DNA of 36,505 nt from Bacteroidota bacterium (GTDB lineage: Bacteria > Bacteroidota > Bacteroidia > Bacteroidales > B18-G4), in contig JAHJRE010000110.1 in NCBI GenBank assembly GCA_018831055.1, forward strand, positions 1-36,505, read 5' to 3'. Both the position numbers and the translations under genes were made by a program. Shown piece by piece: positions 1 to 9,046 of the stretch (positions are counted from its first letter, which is position 1; each line of letters starts with the position of its first letter). The notes under the pieces are model-generated. The model did not search any database and was not told where the DNA came from. It saw only the letters and a list, made by a program, of their open reading frames with translations.

Positions 1-3000
1 AGCAACGATTCGGTTACTCTGGTGCTGTTAATCGCAATGGCTTGTTGCAGATGACCACTGTTAACCGCTGGGTTATATTTTAATAAAAGGTTTACCACGA
101 TCGGCTCAGAAAAGTCACTTCCAGCAAAAGCAAAGTTTATATCATCAGGACAATACTTTGCATTATTAGCTATAAGAAAATTGACCATGTTTGCATCGCG
201 TTTCTGGATTGCCCGGGTCAGCAGGCATTCATTTTGAAGGTTACCTCCTTTATTCAACAGATCGGTCAACTCAGATGTACTACCATGCTCAATAGCAAGC
301 AGAAATTCACGTTCTCCGATCTTGTTGTAAAGTATGATTTTAACATCTACCTCAAAAGTCCCGGATCCTGAAGTTGTTATCTTTTCCTGAGACACACGTG
401 TATCTGTTCCCCACTGCCAGCCAGAGAGATCTATGTATTTACTTCCCCTGATTTTGTCGTCTTCAGCCACACTCCCTCCTTTGTCGCTATCCAATAATTC
501 TACTTTAACAGTGATGCCATGCTGCTGGCCATCCCGCACGTAAAAGTGTTTTGTTGCGTATTGATTTTTATATGTACCACTCGAAAACTTATTATTATCT
601 GAAGCATCCCTGTTTACACTGTACACAATATCATTGGTGTTGCGTGAAGTGGTCATATTGCTGGGAATAAAATAAATTCCGCCATATAATTCCACGGCAG
701 CGTCGCCCAGAAAAGCTTGATCATCAGCATTTATACATCTTATCCCGGTTAACTGGATTTCATAATGCCGGTAGTCCATAGGTATTTTACTGAGTTGCTC
801 TCCATTGAACGGGGCCGGCAGGCTTTTCCCATTCCAGAATTCATCCAATACTTTTGTTACCTGTACAATGCTTTCACCGGCATTCTGAGCAACATTCACG
901 ATTTCTTTACCAACATCCTCAAAGAATTTCCCAAGTTCCTGCGCCTGCTGAATGACACCTTTTCCCAAATCTGCGAATTCTGCAAGTATCTGCTTTTTTA
1001 AAATATCCGCTATCTGATTGAGTTGGCTTTGCAGATCCCCTTTCAAATTAATGTCTACATATACAGGATCCATAACCTGATTGCCGAGCTGCACCTGAAT
1101 ACCAAACCTCATGTTCGCACCACTCTTGTCGAGATTGCCCTTAAAAGTGATTTCTTTTATGCTTGGGATCATGTTTTTACTTACAAGAACTCCCAGAGTG
1201 GCTGTTTCGGTCGACATTGTTTTAATTGCGTCCAGAGTTCCGGCACCAATCTGGTCAATAACGGCATTTCCTGAGTTTATTCCCTTTTTCAGCTTCTCAA
1301 TTTCCTTTGCAGATTGAGCACCCTGCTGTTCCATCCATTGTGTGAGCTGGCTCTGAACGGAATTAATTATGGATGGGGATAAGCTCAGACTGGCGTAAAG
1401 GGAAGGAGAAGAATTCAGGTCCTTCCCCCAGGCTTCGAGATCACCGGTAAATGCCCCCCCAAATATTTTCCCCTGGGCTTTAACATAAAACCCGGAAGAA
1501 TTTATATCTACTAATGCACCACCCTCCATGGTTTCCAGCACCACCACGCGGCCATCGATCATTAAATGGGGGTTTGCACCCAATTCAACATGAAATGAAG
1601 GTTTAGGACCTGCTATCCCATAAATACCAAAGATCCTGAAATCACCTGCTTTTATTTCGAAAGGGTCCATGGTTCCCTTTGCAAAAACATTCTGTTCGTT
1701 CATTCCCATAGAGATGCTTGATTTTACACCCATCAAATTAAAATCACCCGAAGCAGAAAAAAGGTGCTCTTTTGGATTAAACTGAATATAAGCAGACTCA
1801 ATACCTGTACTTAACATTGTTCGAAGCTCACCATCAAGCTTCACCTCAGTTATGGCTTCCAGAAAACTGGCAATGTTTATTTGTTGCGCATATCCTTCTA
1901 TTTTAGAACTCCAAGGGTCAGTTACACTTAACATCATGTCTAATTGCACTATGATCGGCCTGTAGGAACCATCAAACTTTTTTGCAATGTGCAAATCACC
2001 GCCCAGACCAAGTTCTGAAACAATTATGGATGGAGACAGGCTGATAGCACCTTTTAAATTTTTGATTCCCAGGCATGGCATACCAAATGGGTTCTCCCAC
2101 ATGCCGTTGCCACCCTTTGCATCCAGTTCAATCCAGCCTCCTATCTGTAAAGGAGCAATTTGAGATTTCATTCCGGCAATAAAATCCAGGCTTTCGCTTT
2201 CGCTGATCTCCAGGTTTAAGGTCCCCTCCATGCCAATGCTCGGGGGTTTTGCCGGAGACGATTCTGTCGCAATCCTGAAATCCAGTTTCTTAAACCTTAA
2301 TTTAGATGTGCCCAAAGGGATATCATTCTTTGTCTCTCCTGTGAGCCTGATGTTTTTATTCTTACCAATGGAACCGTAAAAATAGATATGAGAGGTTTTA
2401 AAAATATTTTCAAAATCCCGGCCCAGATTAACACTGCTCATTACATTCAACCCTTTTGCAATGTCCATAGTACTGTTTTCATTAAGCAATAGGCTTGGAT
2501 ATTCCCGATCGGCAAAATTGCTCATAACAATTATCGGTGATTCAAAATCCATTGCATCGAGAAAAGAGCTTCCAACAATCTTGTCAAGCGTAGCGGGCGC
2601 AGCCTCAATAGCAATACTTCTGTTTTTTCCGGATTGCCTGAACAGGAATGCCATTTTCCCCGCAGAACTCATCCCCCTTACAATGATTAACTTCTCAAGG
2701 GGATACAATGCTACCTCTACCTGATCAATACTTACCTGTTTAATATTGTCATTCGGAAATAGCAACCAGAACTGCTGGGTATATGACCCGCCCAGCTTTG
2801 AAACAATTTCATCCACAGTGACGGCCTGGCTGAGCGTGCTTGTAATTACCGGCTCCTCTTCAGTGGAGAGTGTACATTGAGTTTCAAAAACCGCATTTCC
2901 AAAATTTGATGTTGAGGAGAGTGTTCCTCCATAGCCGCGGGGATTTCTAAATAACTTAATGGCAATTTCATTTATTTGAAAATCACCAAAACCTATGGCA

Positions 3001-3458
3001 TCCCAGTTTTTTCCTGTGAAATTGAACTCACAGGTGCTGACTGATTTTCCGTCATCAGCTATATCCATATCAAGATCTTTGATATAAAGTGATGATGATT
3101 TTCGCAGACTGATCGGGACCAATCTGCCAAGACTGCCACCGGAAAATTTGCTCAGTTTTAATAAATCAATGTTGGCCGAGGCTGGAAATATGGCCGCTAT
3201 TTTTTTGAGCTTAGAATCTGAAGCGTTTTGCAATATTCGCAATTGAACGTTTGAAATACCTAAAAAAGTTGCTGGTCCTTCTGAAATGATCTCTGTGTCC
3301 GATGTAGAAAAGTTTAAATTGGAAACGTCAAAATCATTCTTTATAAAAAAATGAAGTAACTCCTTTTCCAGTTCAGTAGGTGACTGTGCCATTCCTATGG
3401 AAGAGAAGAATAAGCAGGCAAGGAATGCCAGGATTTGACTGATTGATAATTTTTTCAT
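1..3458 (-). CDS. Large secreted hypothetical protein (more than 1150 aa), 5'-complete, 3' end runs off the window
   Basis: A minus-strand ATG (complement of 3456-3458) opens a frame I translated by hand as MKKLSISQILAFLACLFFSSIGMAQSPTELEKELLHFF..., a classic signal peptide. I verified the frame open for about 90 codons. The ORF track shows no complete minus-strand ORF of at least 60 aa anywhere in 1-3458 and only short plus-strand ORFs, as expected if a single long minus-strand ORF leaves the window (the track apparently lists only complete ORFs). I recognised no family. Confidence 0.55.
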   Translation of the reverse strand, partial: MKKLSISQILAFLACLFFSSIGMAQSPTELEKELLHFFIKNDFDVSNLNFSTSDTEIISEGPATFLGISNVQLRILQNASDSKLKKIAAIFPASANIDLLKLSKFSGGSLGRLVPISLRKSSSLYIKDLDMDIADDGKSVSTCEFNFTGKNWDAIGFGDFQINEIAIKLFRNPRGYGGTLSSTSNFGNAVFETQCTLSTEEEPVITSTLSQAVTVDEIVSKLGGSYTQQFWLLFPNDNIKQVSIDQVEVALYPLEKLIIVRGMSSAGKMAFLFRQSGKNRSIAIEAAPATLDKIVGSSFLDAMDFESPIIVMSNFADREYPSLLLNENSTMDIAKGLNVMSSVNLGRDFENIFKTSHIYFYGSIGKNKNIRLTGETKNDIPLGTSKLRFKKLDFRIATESSPAKPPSIGMEGTLNLEISESESLDFIAGMKSQIAPLQIGGWIELDAKGGNGMWENPFGMPCLGIKNLKGAISLSPSIIVSELGLGGDLHIAKKFDGSYRPIIVQLDMMLSVTDPWSSKIEGYAQQINIASFLEAITEVKLDGELRTMLSTGIESAYIQFNPKEHLFSASGDFNLMGVKSSISMGMNEQNVFAKGTMDPFEIKAGDFRIFGIYGIAGPKPSFHVELGANPHLMIDGRVVVLETMEGGALVDINSSGFYVKAQGKIFGGAFTGDLEAWGKDLNSSPSLYASLSLSPSIINSVQSQLTQWMEQQGAQSAKEIEKLKKGINSGNAVIDQIGAGTLDAIKTMSTETATLGVLVSKNMIPSIKEITFKGNLDKSGANMRFGIQVQLGNQVMDPVYVDINLKGDLQSQLNQIADILKKQILAEFADLGKGVIQQAQELGKFFEDVGKEIVNVAQNAGESIVQVTKVLDEFWNGKSLPAPFNGEQLSKIPMDYRHYEIQLTGIRCINADDQAFLGDAAVELYGGIYFIPSNMTTSRNTNDIVYSVNRDASDNNKFSSGTYKNQYATKHFYVRDGQQHGITVKVELLDSDKGGSVAEDDKIRGSKYIDLSGWQWGTDTRVSQEKITTSGSGTFEVDVKIILYNKIGEREFLLAIEHGSTSELTDLLNKGGNLQNECLLTRAIQKRDANMVNFLIANNAKYCPDDINFAFAGSDFSEPIVVNLLLKYNPAVNSGHLQQAIAINSTRVTESL

Positions 3459-3756
3459 ATTCTGAATTAGTTTACTTGGTTTCACTTCTTATCAAATGGT
3501 CGGCTTGCTTATGCCAATGCGCACGCCAAACAAATGAATACACTATTCCACACTAGTACTGGCAGAAGATTTCCAAGTAAATAAGACTATCTCTTCAGAA
3601 GATGAAAGCACTTTCAAATTGCTGCCGTATGATAAATATATACAATAATTTCAATTTCTAAATATTTTTTTCGGGGTAAGACTACTTTTTTTTATAATAC
3701 TGTGCCCTATTCCCGATTTTCATTGGGACAGGCTTTGCCTATTGTGGTTCAATCCC

Positions 3757-4788
3757 TCACTTCCCCCTCACAACCAACTTAATAACCAACACCAAAATCA
3801 ACAATACTAAAATCCCCCCCGATAACCAGTATGCCCATATATTCACTATTCTCGATTGAGCATACATCATATAGTCTTCAAACATAAACGACATGGGGTC
3901 AACCTTCCATTCCACTTTATTGCCTTCCAGCTTCGCGGAATTGGTTTCCATGATGATCCCCGGCAGTTCCGCTTCCACGGTATAGCTTTCCATTAAAAGA
4001 ACCTCTATTAAAAAATGCACCTTTTTGTTCAATTCCTGAAATATGGGAGGTTCAATGTCATTTAACTTCTTAACCGCAGGATTTTTTGTCCATTCATAAT
4101 AAAGCTCAATGTAATTGTCGGGATGATCCCAGTTATTGTCCAGATAATGCTTAATGCTATCCTGGTATAATATGACATCCTGTGACAACAACTCCTGATC
4201 ATCAAGTCCTGCAATAGCTTTTTGCAGCACCTTGATGATCTCCCGGCTCACCACATCCTCAAAGTACTCGTTCGCCCTTTCATCAGCCGATTCAAGCCTG
4301 GCCGAGTCAACTTTATTAAGCGCAATCTTCTGACCACTGAGCCATAAAATATCCTCCTGATCAAGGTAATCCTGATAATCATACTCCCTGAAGGGATTGG
4401 CGGCTTTGATAACTTCCCGGTATTTCGGGTATGAATAAAAGAAACCGAACGACTTTCCAATGTCGAAGTGCCGGTACAATTGTTTCCTCCATCCTGTGTC
4501 GGCCGCAACCTCATCGTTCAGCTCCTTCGACTTCCTGAAAGTCTTTGAATAGGTAAGGGAAAAATTATTGCTCCGGGTAGTATCTTTACTGTACTCTTTT
4601 ATCCAGGTGGAATCAACAGGATAAGGCAGGTTCTTACTAAAAAAAACATCCGAAGAATCACCCGTGATGGTGAATATCCTTGTGAAGGAGCCATCTTCGT
4701 GTATTACTGTGGTTACGGTCACCTCTCTGCAGGATGCGAGTGAAAACAGAAGTATGACCAATATGCTGAAAATTTGTTTTGCTTTCAT
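3757..4788 (-). CDS. Hypothetical lipoprotein with C-terminal transmembrane anchor (343 aa), co-operonic with the ECF sigma/anti-sigma pair
   Basis: N-terminus MKAKQIFSILVILLFSLASC matches a lipoprotein signal with a lipobox-like cysteine. The C-terminus IWAYWLSGGILVLLILVLVIKLVVRGK is a hydrophobic helix. The gene starts 11 bp after the upstream ORF's stop on the same strand. Confidence 0.6.
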   Translation of the reverse strand: MKAKQIFSILVILLFSLASCREVTVTTVIHEDGSFTRIFTITGDSSDVFFSKNLPYPVDSTWIKEYSKDTTRSNNFSLTYSKTFRKSKELNDEVAADTGWRKQLYRHFDIGKSFGFFYSYPKYREVIKAANPFREYDYQDYLDQEDILWLSGQKIALNKVDSARLESADERANEYFEDVVSREIIKVLQKAIAGLDDQELLSQDVILYQDSIKHYLDNNWDHPDNYIELYYEWTKNPAVKKLNDIEPPIFQELNKKVHFLIEVLLMESYTVEAELPGIIMETNSAKLEGNKVEWKVDPMSFMFEDYMMYAQSRIVNIWAYWLSGGILVLLILVLVIKLVVRGK

Positions 4789-4799
4789 GGTAATAGATT

Positions 4800-5252
4800 T
4801 TAATTGTAATTATTTAAGGCTAACATCCTGGCTTTCTCTATTCTTCCCTTGACAAATCCCTCCGGTTCGTGTTCCTGCCCGGCAGCCATCATAACCTTTT
4901 TAACATCAGTATTGCTTAAAATGAACTCTAATCCTTTCAGCTGGCCGGATTTCTGAGAAAGCGAAGCATTCCTGTTTTCCTGCTGAATGACTTTGTCGAC
5001 AAAGATGTACTGCTCTATCCCAAATACAACCAACAGTGTAATGGATGCTGCAGCAAGAAATCTCACTGCCATAGAAATTGCCGTGCCATATCTCAGGATA
5101 AAACGGGGTGTTATTTCTTCCACCTCATCCTGAATCCCTTGCATTATGCTATCGGTCAGCTTCTCCGGGTTGTCCAGCACCGGATCCCTTTTCAGATTAC
5201 CAATGATTTTAACGTAAGCAGAATCATCGGCTATGTTTTTATTTCTGCTCAT
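4800..5252 (-). CDS. Putative anti-sigma factor (150 aa, single-pass membrane protein)
   Basis: Its start codon overlaps the ECF sigma stop by 4 bp (ATGA). It has a cytoplasmic N-terminus of about 65 aa and one transmembrane helix, AISMAVRFLAAASITLLVVFGI. Position and topology are typical of an ECF anti-sigma, but no diagnostic motif is present. Confidence 0.5.
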   Translation of the reverse strand: MSRNKNIADDSAYVKIIGNLKRDPVLDNPEKLTDSIMQGIQDEVEEITPRFILRYGTAISMAVRFLAAASITLLVVFGIEQYIFVDKVIQQENRNASLSQKSGQLKGLEFILSNTDVKKVMMAAGQEHEPEGFVKGRIEKARMLALNNYN

Positions 5253-5818
5253 TTGTTTTTCCTTTCACCGTTAAGTATATAGTTTAACTTTTCTTTTACT
5301 GCTTTCCTGGCATGATAAAGATTGCTTTTAACCTGTGTTTCGTCAATTTCCAGGATGGCTTCCACTTCTTCTGAACTCATTTCCTGGAGATCCCTCATTG
5401 CAAATACCAGCCGTTGCTTTTCAGGAAGTTTATCTGCCAGGAGTCTGATAATTTGTCCCAATTCTTTATTGTCCAGGATTAATTCCATTGAGTCTTCCTG
5501 CATCTGCTGTAGTTTATCTCCCAGATCATCGATCTTCATGGTATTGGCCCGCCGGATGGATCTGAACCTGTCAATAGCAGTATTTGTTACGATCCGGTAC
5601 ATCCAGGTGGTTAATTTCATTCGGGTATCATATTCACCTATTTTTCGCCATATCTTTATAAAACTTTCCTGGACGCTGTCCTTTGCTTCCTCCTCGTCGC
5701 AAAGTATCCTGAAGGCAAGGTTGTAAGCGTATTGCCGTTGTTCTTCGACAAGCTTCCGGAAAGCTTCCTGACTGCCGTTCTTTATTTCATTGATGATATC
5801 TCTGGTCACTATTTGCAT
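5249..5818 (-). CDS. RNA polymerase ECF-type sigma-70 factor (189 aa)
   Basis: The sigma-70 region 2 (...IKIWRKIGEYD...TWMYRIVTNTAIDRFRS...) and region 4 (...LPEKQRLVFAMRDLQEMSSEEVEAILEIDETQVKSNLYHARKAVKE...) have the ECF subfamily layout. Confidence 0.85.
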   Translation of the reverse strand: MQIVTRDIINEIKNGSQEAFRKLVEEQRQYAYNLAFRILCDEEEAKDSVQESFIKIWRKIGEYDTRMKLTTWMYRIVTNTAIDRFRSIRRANTMKIDDLGDKLQQMQEDSMELILDNKELGQIIRLLADKLPEKQRLVFAMRDLQEMSSEEVEAILEIDETQVKSNLYHARKAVKEKLNYILNGERKNK

Positions 5819-5874
5819 ACCCTGTGTGTGGGATTTGGATATGATACGTTTGCACAGGTAAAAAGTAAAAAAAA

Positions 5875-6603
5875 ATGATGAAAATTAACATTCGTATTTC
5901 CATTTATGTCATTATTTTACTTTTGGCATCGCTTTTTCTTACTTCCTGTCAATATCAAAACAACCCTTATGGTTTGGATATTGTTACCGATGTTTCCCAA
6001 TACAAGGAACTCATCGAAACTGATCCTGACCAGGAACTCATTGACCTGGAAAAATATATCCCGGGAATTGTTTTGGATATCCGTTATGCCACGGATAACA
6101 ACTTCACCGGGCAGAAGATATATGAAGCTCCAATGGCTTTTGCCAGGAAACCGGTGGCTGAAGCCCTTTTCCTGATACAGGAAGAACTGGGGAAATCAGG
6201 ACTTGGCCTGAAGATTTACGATGCCTACCGCCCTTATTCTGCCACCCTGAAATTTTACGAGGTTTATCCCGACACGACCTTCGTGGCGGCACCCTGGAAA
6301 GGCTCCGTTCACAATACGGGCTGTGCCGTTGATGTTTCGCTCGTTGATCTTAACACAGGATTAGAAATCGAAATGCCAACCCTCTTCGATGATTTCTCTG
6401 ATAAAGCATCCCATTCCTGCATGGATCTGCCGGAAACGGCCATACACAACAGACAGCTGCTGAAAGAGATTATGACCCGTTTCGGCTTTTCAATTTATGA
6501 GCCGGAATGGTGGCATTATAATTTTGCAGATAAAGGTGACTTCGGGATCATGGATATTCCCCTTTTACAAATATCTAAGGCCTATTCTGCATCGCCACAC
6601 TGA
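5875..6603 (+). CDS. D-alanyl-D-alanine dipeptidase, VanX/DdpX-like (peptidase M15D), lipoprotein
   Basis: A lipoprotein signal (LLASLFLTSCQ) is followed by ...YIPGIVLDIRYATDNNFTGQKIY...DAYRPYS... and the zinc-ligand motif SVHNTGCAVDVSL (S-x-H-x-x-G-x-A-x-D), which is characteristic of VanX-family dipeptidases. Confidence 0.78.
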   Translation: MMKINIRISIYVIILLLASLFLTSCQYQNNPYGLDIVTDVSQYKELIETDPDQELIDLEKYIPGIVLDIRYATDNNFTGQKIYEAPMAFARKPVAEALFLIQEELGKSGLGLKIYDAYRPYSATLKFYEVYPDTTFVAAPWKGSVHNTGCAVDVSLVDLNTGLEIEMPTLFDDFSDKASHSCMDLPETAIHNRQLLKEIMTRFGFSIYEPEWWHYNFADKGDFGIMDIPLLQISKAYSASPH

Positions 6604-7178
6604 AGCCTGAGCATGAAATTAACCGTGTTCAGATCTAAAGCATTGAACATTGCTTCAACATTATTGGTATAAACTGCTTCGGGTCCAAGCATTGCATCCT
6701 TAACAAGAAAGGCTTCAAAATCATAATTCATAGCGTCAAAATAAGTAGCAAGAACACATCCTGTTGAACTTAAACCGCATATAAAAAGTGTGTTAATACC
6801 TTTTTCCTCCAGTAGATCAAATAAACCGGTTTTATTGAATGCGCTGGGATATGTTTTAACAATTTGTGGATCATTTTCAGTAACCTGGAGTGTATCCGGA
6901 AATTCAAATTCCGGTGTGCCCGGTATGGGACCGAATTCTTCGCTTGTATGATAAACCCTGATCACTGGCAGATCATACATCCTGAATACCATAATAGTCC
7001 AGTTCATCCAGTTAAGCGCCGATGCCTGGTCTTCCTGTGAAGCCATTGACAAAAACTGGTTCTGAACATCCACCACCAGCAATGCCGGCTTCATTTCAAT
7101 CTTTTCTGTCCAGGATGATTGTGCTGAAATAGCATGGAAAACCAGCACCAGACAGGTAAGCAAAAGTGTCTTTTTCAT
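6582..7178 (-). CDS. Secreted isochorismatase-family (cysteine) hydrolase
   Basis: It has a signal peptide (MKKTLLLTCLVLVFHAISAQ), an N-terminal ALLVVDVQNQF block and a ...LFICGLSSTGCVLATYFDA... catalytic-cysteine block, both typical of the isochorismatase-like fold. Its 3' end overlaps the convergent dipeptidase gene by 22 bp. Confidence 0.6.
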   Translation of the reverse strand: MKKTLLLTCLVLVFHAISAQSSWTEKIEMKPALLVVDVQNQFLSMASQEDQASALNWMNWTIMVFRMYDLPVIRVYHTSEEFGPIPGTPEFEFPDTLQVTENDPQIVKTYPSAFNKTGLFDLLEEKGINTLFICGLSSTGCVLATYFDAMNYDFEAFLVKDAMLGPEAVYTNNVEAMFNALDLNTVNFMLRLQCGDAE

Positions 7179-7245
7179 TGGTTAAATTGATATTTGGGTT
7201 TATTGCAATGTTAAATCTTTTTTTTTCAGGTATTCCTGTTAATGA

Positions 7246-8955
7246 CTATTTTTTTTGGTAACTCACAGGTCCGTTCTGATATCCAACTTCTTTTCTCCAC
7301 CATTCGGGATAACCGACTTCTTCAGCTATTTCAGGATTGTTGACATAGCCGTCGTCGTATTTTTGCACCAGGAACCAGCCCAGTTCCCACCACTGCTTTA
7401 CAACATTATCTGCGTTGCTGATGCAGGTTTCCGTGAGGATGCTTCTGGCCAGTTCAGGTGAAGAGGCATATGCTTCCTGTGCCTTTTTGTCCGTTTCCTG
7501 AGCAAGTAAAAATTCTTTCTCTTCAATTTCATTCTGGAGTTTCAGTATATCCTCTTTCATATATGAAAACTTCACGGCAGCCCAGTTTGCTACAAAATTG
7601 AAAGCCCACCAGGCAACATCCGTAGAAAATTTCTCGGTATTTCCGCTTTGGTATGATAAAGGCAGGTCGTTCATCCCTGTATAGAATGGCACAAAACAGG
7701 TAAGATATGGTTTATCCGGCCCGAACCAGCAAATTCCCCCAACAGCGTCCGGGAGCCAGCTCCTTCCCTGATTAACATATACATATCCTGCATAGAACAC
7801 CGAAATAGGTCTTTCCCAGGCACCGATCACCTCCTGTCCATCTTTGTTTGCATCATTCTGATTGCCATCGTATTTTCCGATCCAACGGTAAGGACAACCA
7901 AAGGGTCCGGCGGCCGGCCCCTGGGTCATGTCGAACTCCGTTCCTTCATAATGATCACGATGTAAAGACATTACATCTTTAGCATCCAGCTTTTGATCCG
8001 GGACAATGGAGAATGGATATTCGCGGGTATAACCATCTTCCACCCATGCACTGTATTTTGCTGAGGGTTTTACACGATCGTATATCCTCCAGACCCTGCG
8101 AAGGGAATAATAAGGATGGTTATATTCCCCGTAACTGACTGTTTTCAGCCAATCAAGTTTCCCTTGCGATGGATTCCACCATCCTCTTTTTTGCGCTGTC
8201 TCATGGAGATTTGCTGAAAACAACATATCAGGGTCTTCAGGATCTACATCTCTGATCCTGAATTCATTGGCGGCAGCGAATATCTGGCCATCCGGGACTT
8301 TTTTAGCTACCCACAGGCCGCCCAGGCTATCCATGGTTCCGCAACACATTTCTATTACCCAGCCTTCTTCAGGATCGCCGATGAGCAGGGTCTCGCCCGT
8401 ACCGTAATAGCCGTATGTATCAATCAGGTGCCCGATCAGTTCAACAGCCTCACGCGCTTTTGTGCACCTTTCCAGAGCAATACGCGACAACTCGGCGCTG
8501 TAAAAAATCCGCCGTCCGGAATCGGGTTGCAGCTCAATCTTCGCCCCGTCGGTGCACTCCCCTATCATAAGTTGATGCTCGTTCATTATGCCATAATTGG
8601 CATCGAAATAAGCATAGGTATGTGCAACCTGTGGAATAAAACCAATTGGTTTCGTGGCAGGCAGGCTGGGATCAAAATACCCCGGACCCCTGCTCATCCC
8701 TACATAACGGATATTGCCTCCTCCAAAACAACAAGGATCATAATAAACCGGCCGCATAGCACCTTCGGGGTGATCCATTGCCGGAACATAGATAATACGC
8801 TGGTCGCCCAGCTCATCATCATCAGAGTGGCTCACAAAAACGGAACCGTCTTTACTCGCCCCTTTTGTGACTAGAATGGTCGTGCATGGCATGGCAATTT
8901 CCGCCATTAACAGTAGCATAAATACTGCCAAAACATAATTACGAAGGTTTTTCAT
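7246..8955 (-). CDS. Peptidase C69 family dipeptidase (569 aa), secreted
   Basis: A signal peptide is followed immediately by CTTILVTKGASKDGSVFVSHSDD, the N-terminal nucleophile cysteine context of C69 / Ntn-hydrolase dipeptidases. Confidence 0.78.
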   Translation of the reverse strand: MKNLRNYVLAVFMLLLMAEIAMPCTTILVTKGASKDGSVFVSHSDDDELGDQRIIYVPAMDHPEGAMRPVYYDPCCFGGGNIRYVGMSRGPGYFDPSLPATKPIGFIPQVAHTYAYFDANYGIMNEHQLMIGECTDGAKIELQPDSGRRIFYSAELSRIALERCTKAREAVELIGHLIDTYGYYGTGETLLIGDPEEGWVIEMCCGTMDSLGGLWVAKKVPDGQIFAAANEFRIRDVDPEDPDMLFSANLHETAQKRGWWNPSQGKLDWLKTVSYGEYNHPYYSLRRVWRIYDRVKPSAKYSAWVEDGYTREYPFSIVPDQKLDAKDVMSLHRDHYEGTEFDMTQGPAAGPFGCPYRWIGKYDGNQNDANKDGQEVIGAWERPISVFYAGYVYVNQGRSWLPDAVGGICWFGPDKPYLTCFVPFYTGMNDLPLSYQSGNTEKFSTDVAWWAFNFVANWAAVKFSYMKEDILKLQNEIEEKEFLLAQETDKKAQEAYASSPELARSILTETCISNADNVVKQWWELGWFLVQKYDDGYVNNPEIAEEVGYPEWWRKEVGYQNGPVSYQKK

Positions 8956-9046
8956 GGTAACAGGCTTTTATATGATTCCCTTAAAATAGAAAGTAATCAA
9001 ATATAAGGCAAATCACATACGAAAGCAAGATTATTCTTTTACTCTG

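Noticed and set aside
765-2724. Four short plus-strand ORFs (765-1001, 1023-1274, 1111-1317, 2461-2724)
   Set aside because: All lie antisense within the long minus-strand secreted-protein gene. None has recognisable motifs.
3736-3757. The string tgtggttcaatccctcac resembles a tRNA T-arm/T-loop (GGTTCAATCC)
   Set aside because: The flanking bases do not form a T-stem (tgtgg against cctca are not complementary). No acceptor, D or anticodon arms can be drawn in the surrounding 80 nt. The similarity instead reflects the ctattgtggt motif found at three other sites.
5819-5874. Searched for an ECF-type -35 AAC / -10 CGT autoregulatory promoter upstream of the sigma gene
   Set aside because: Only loose matches (caaacgt). 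I could not place a convincing -35/-10 pair with 16-17-nt spacing by eye.
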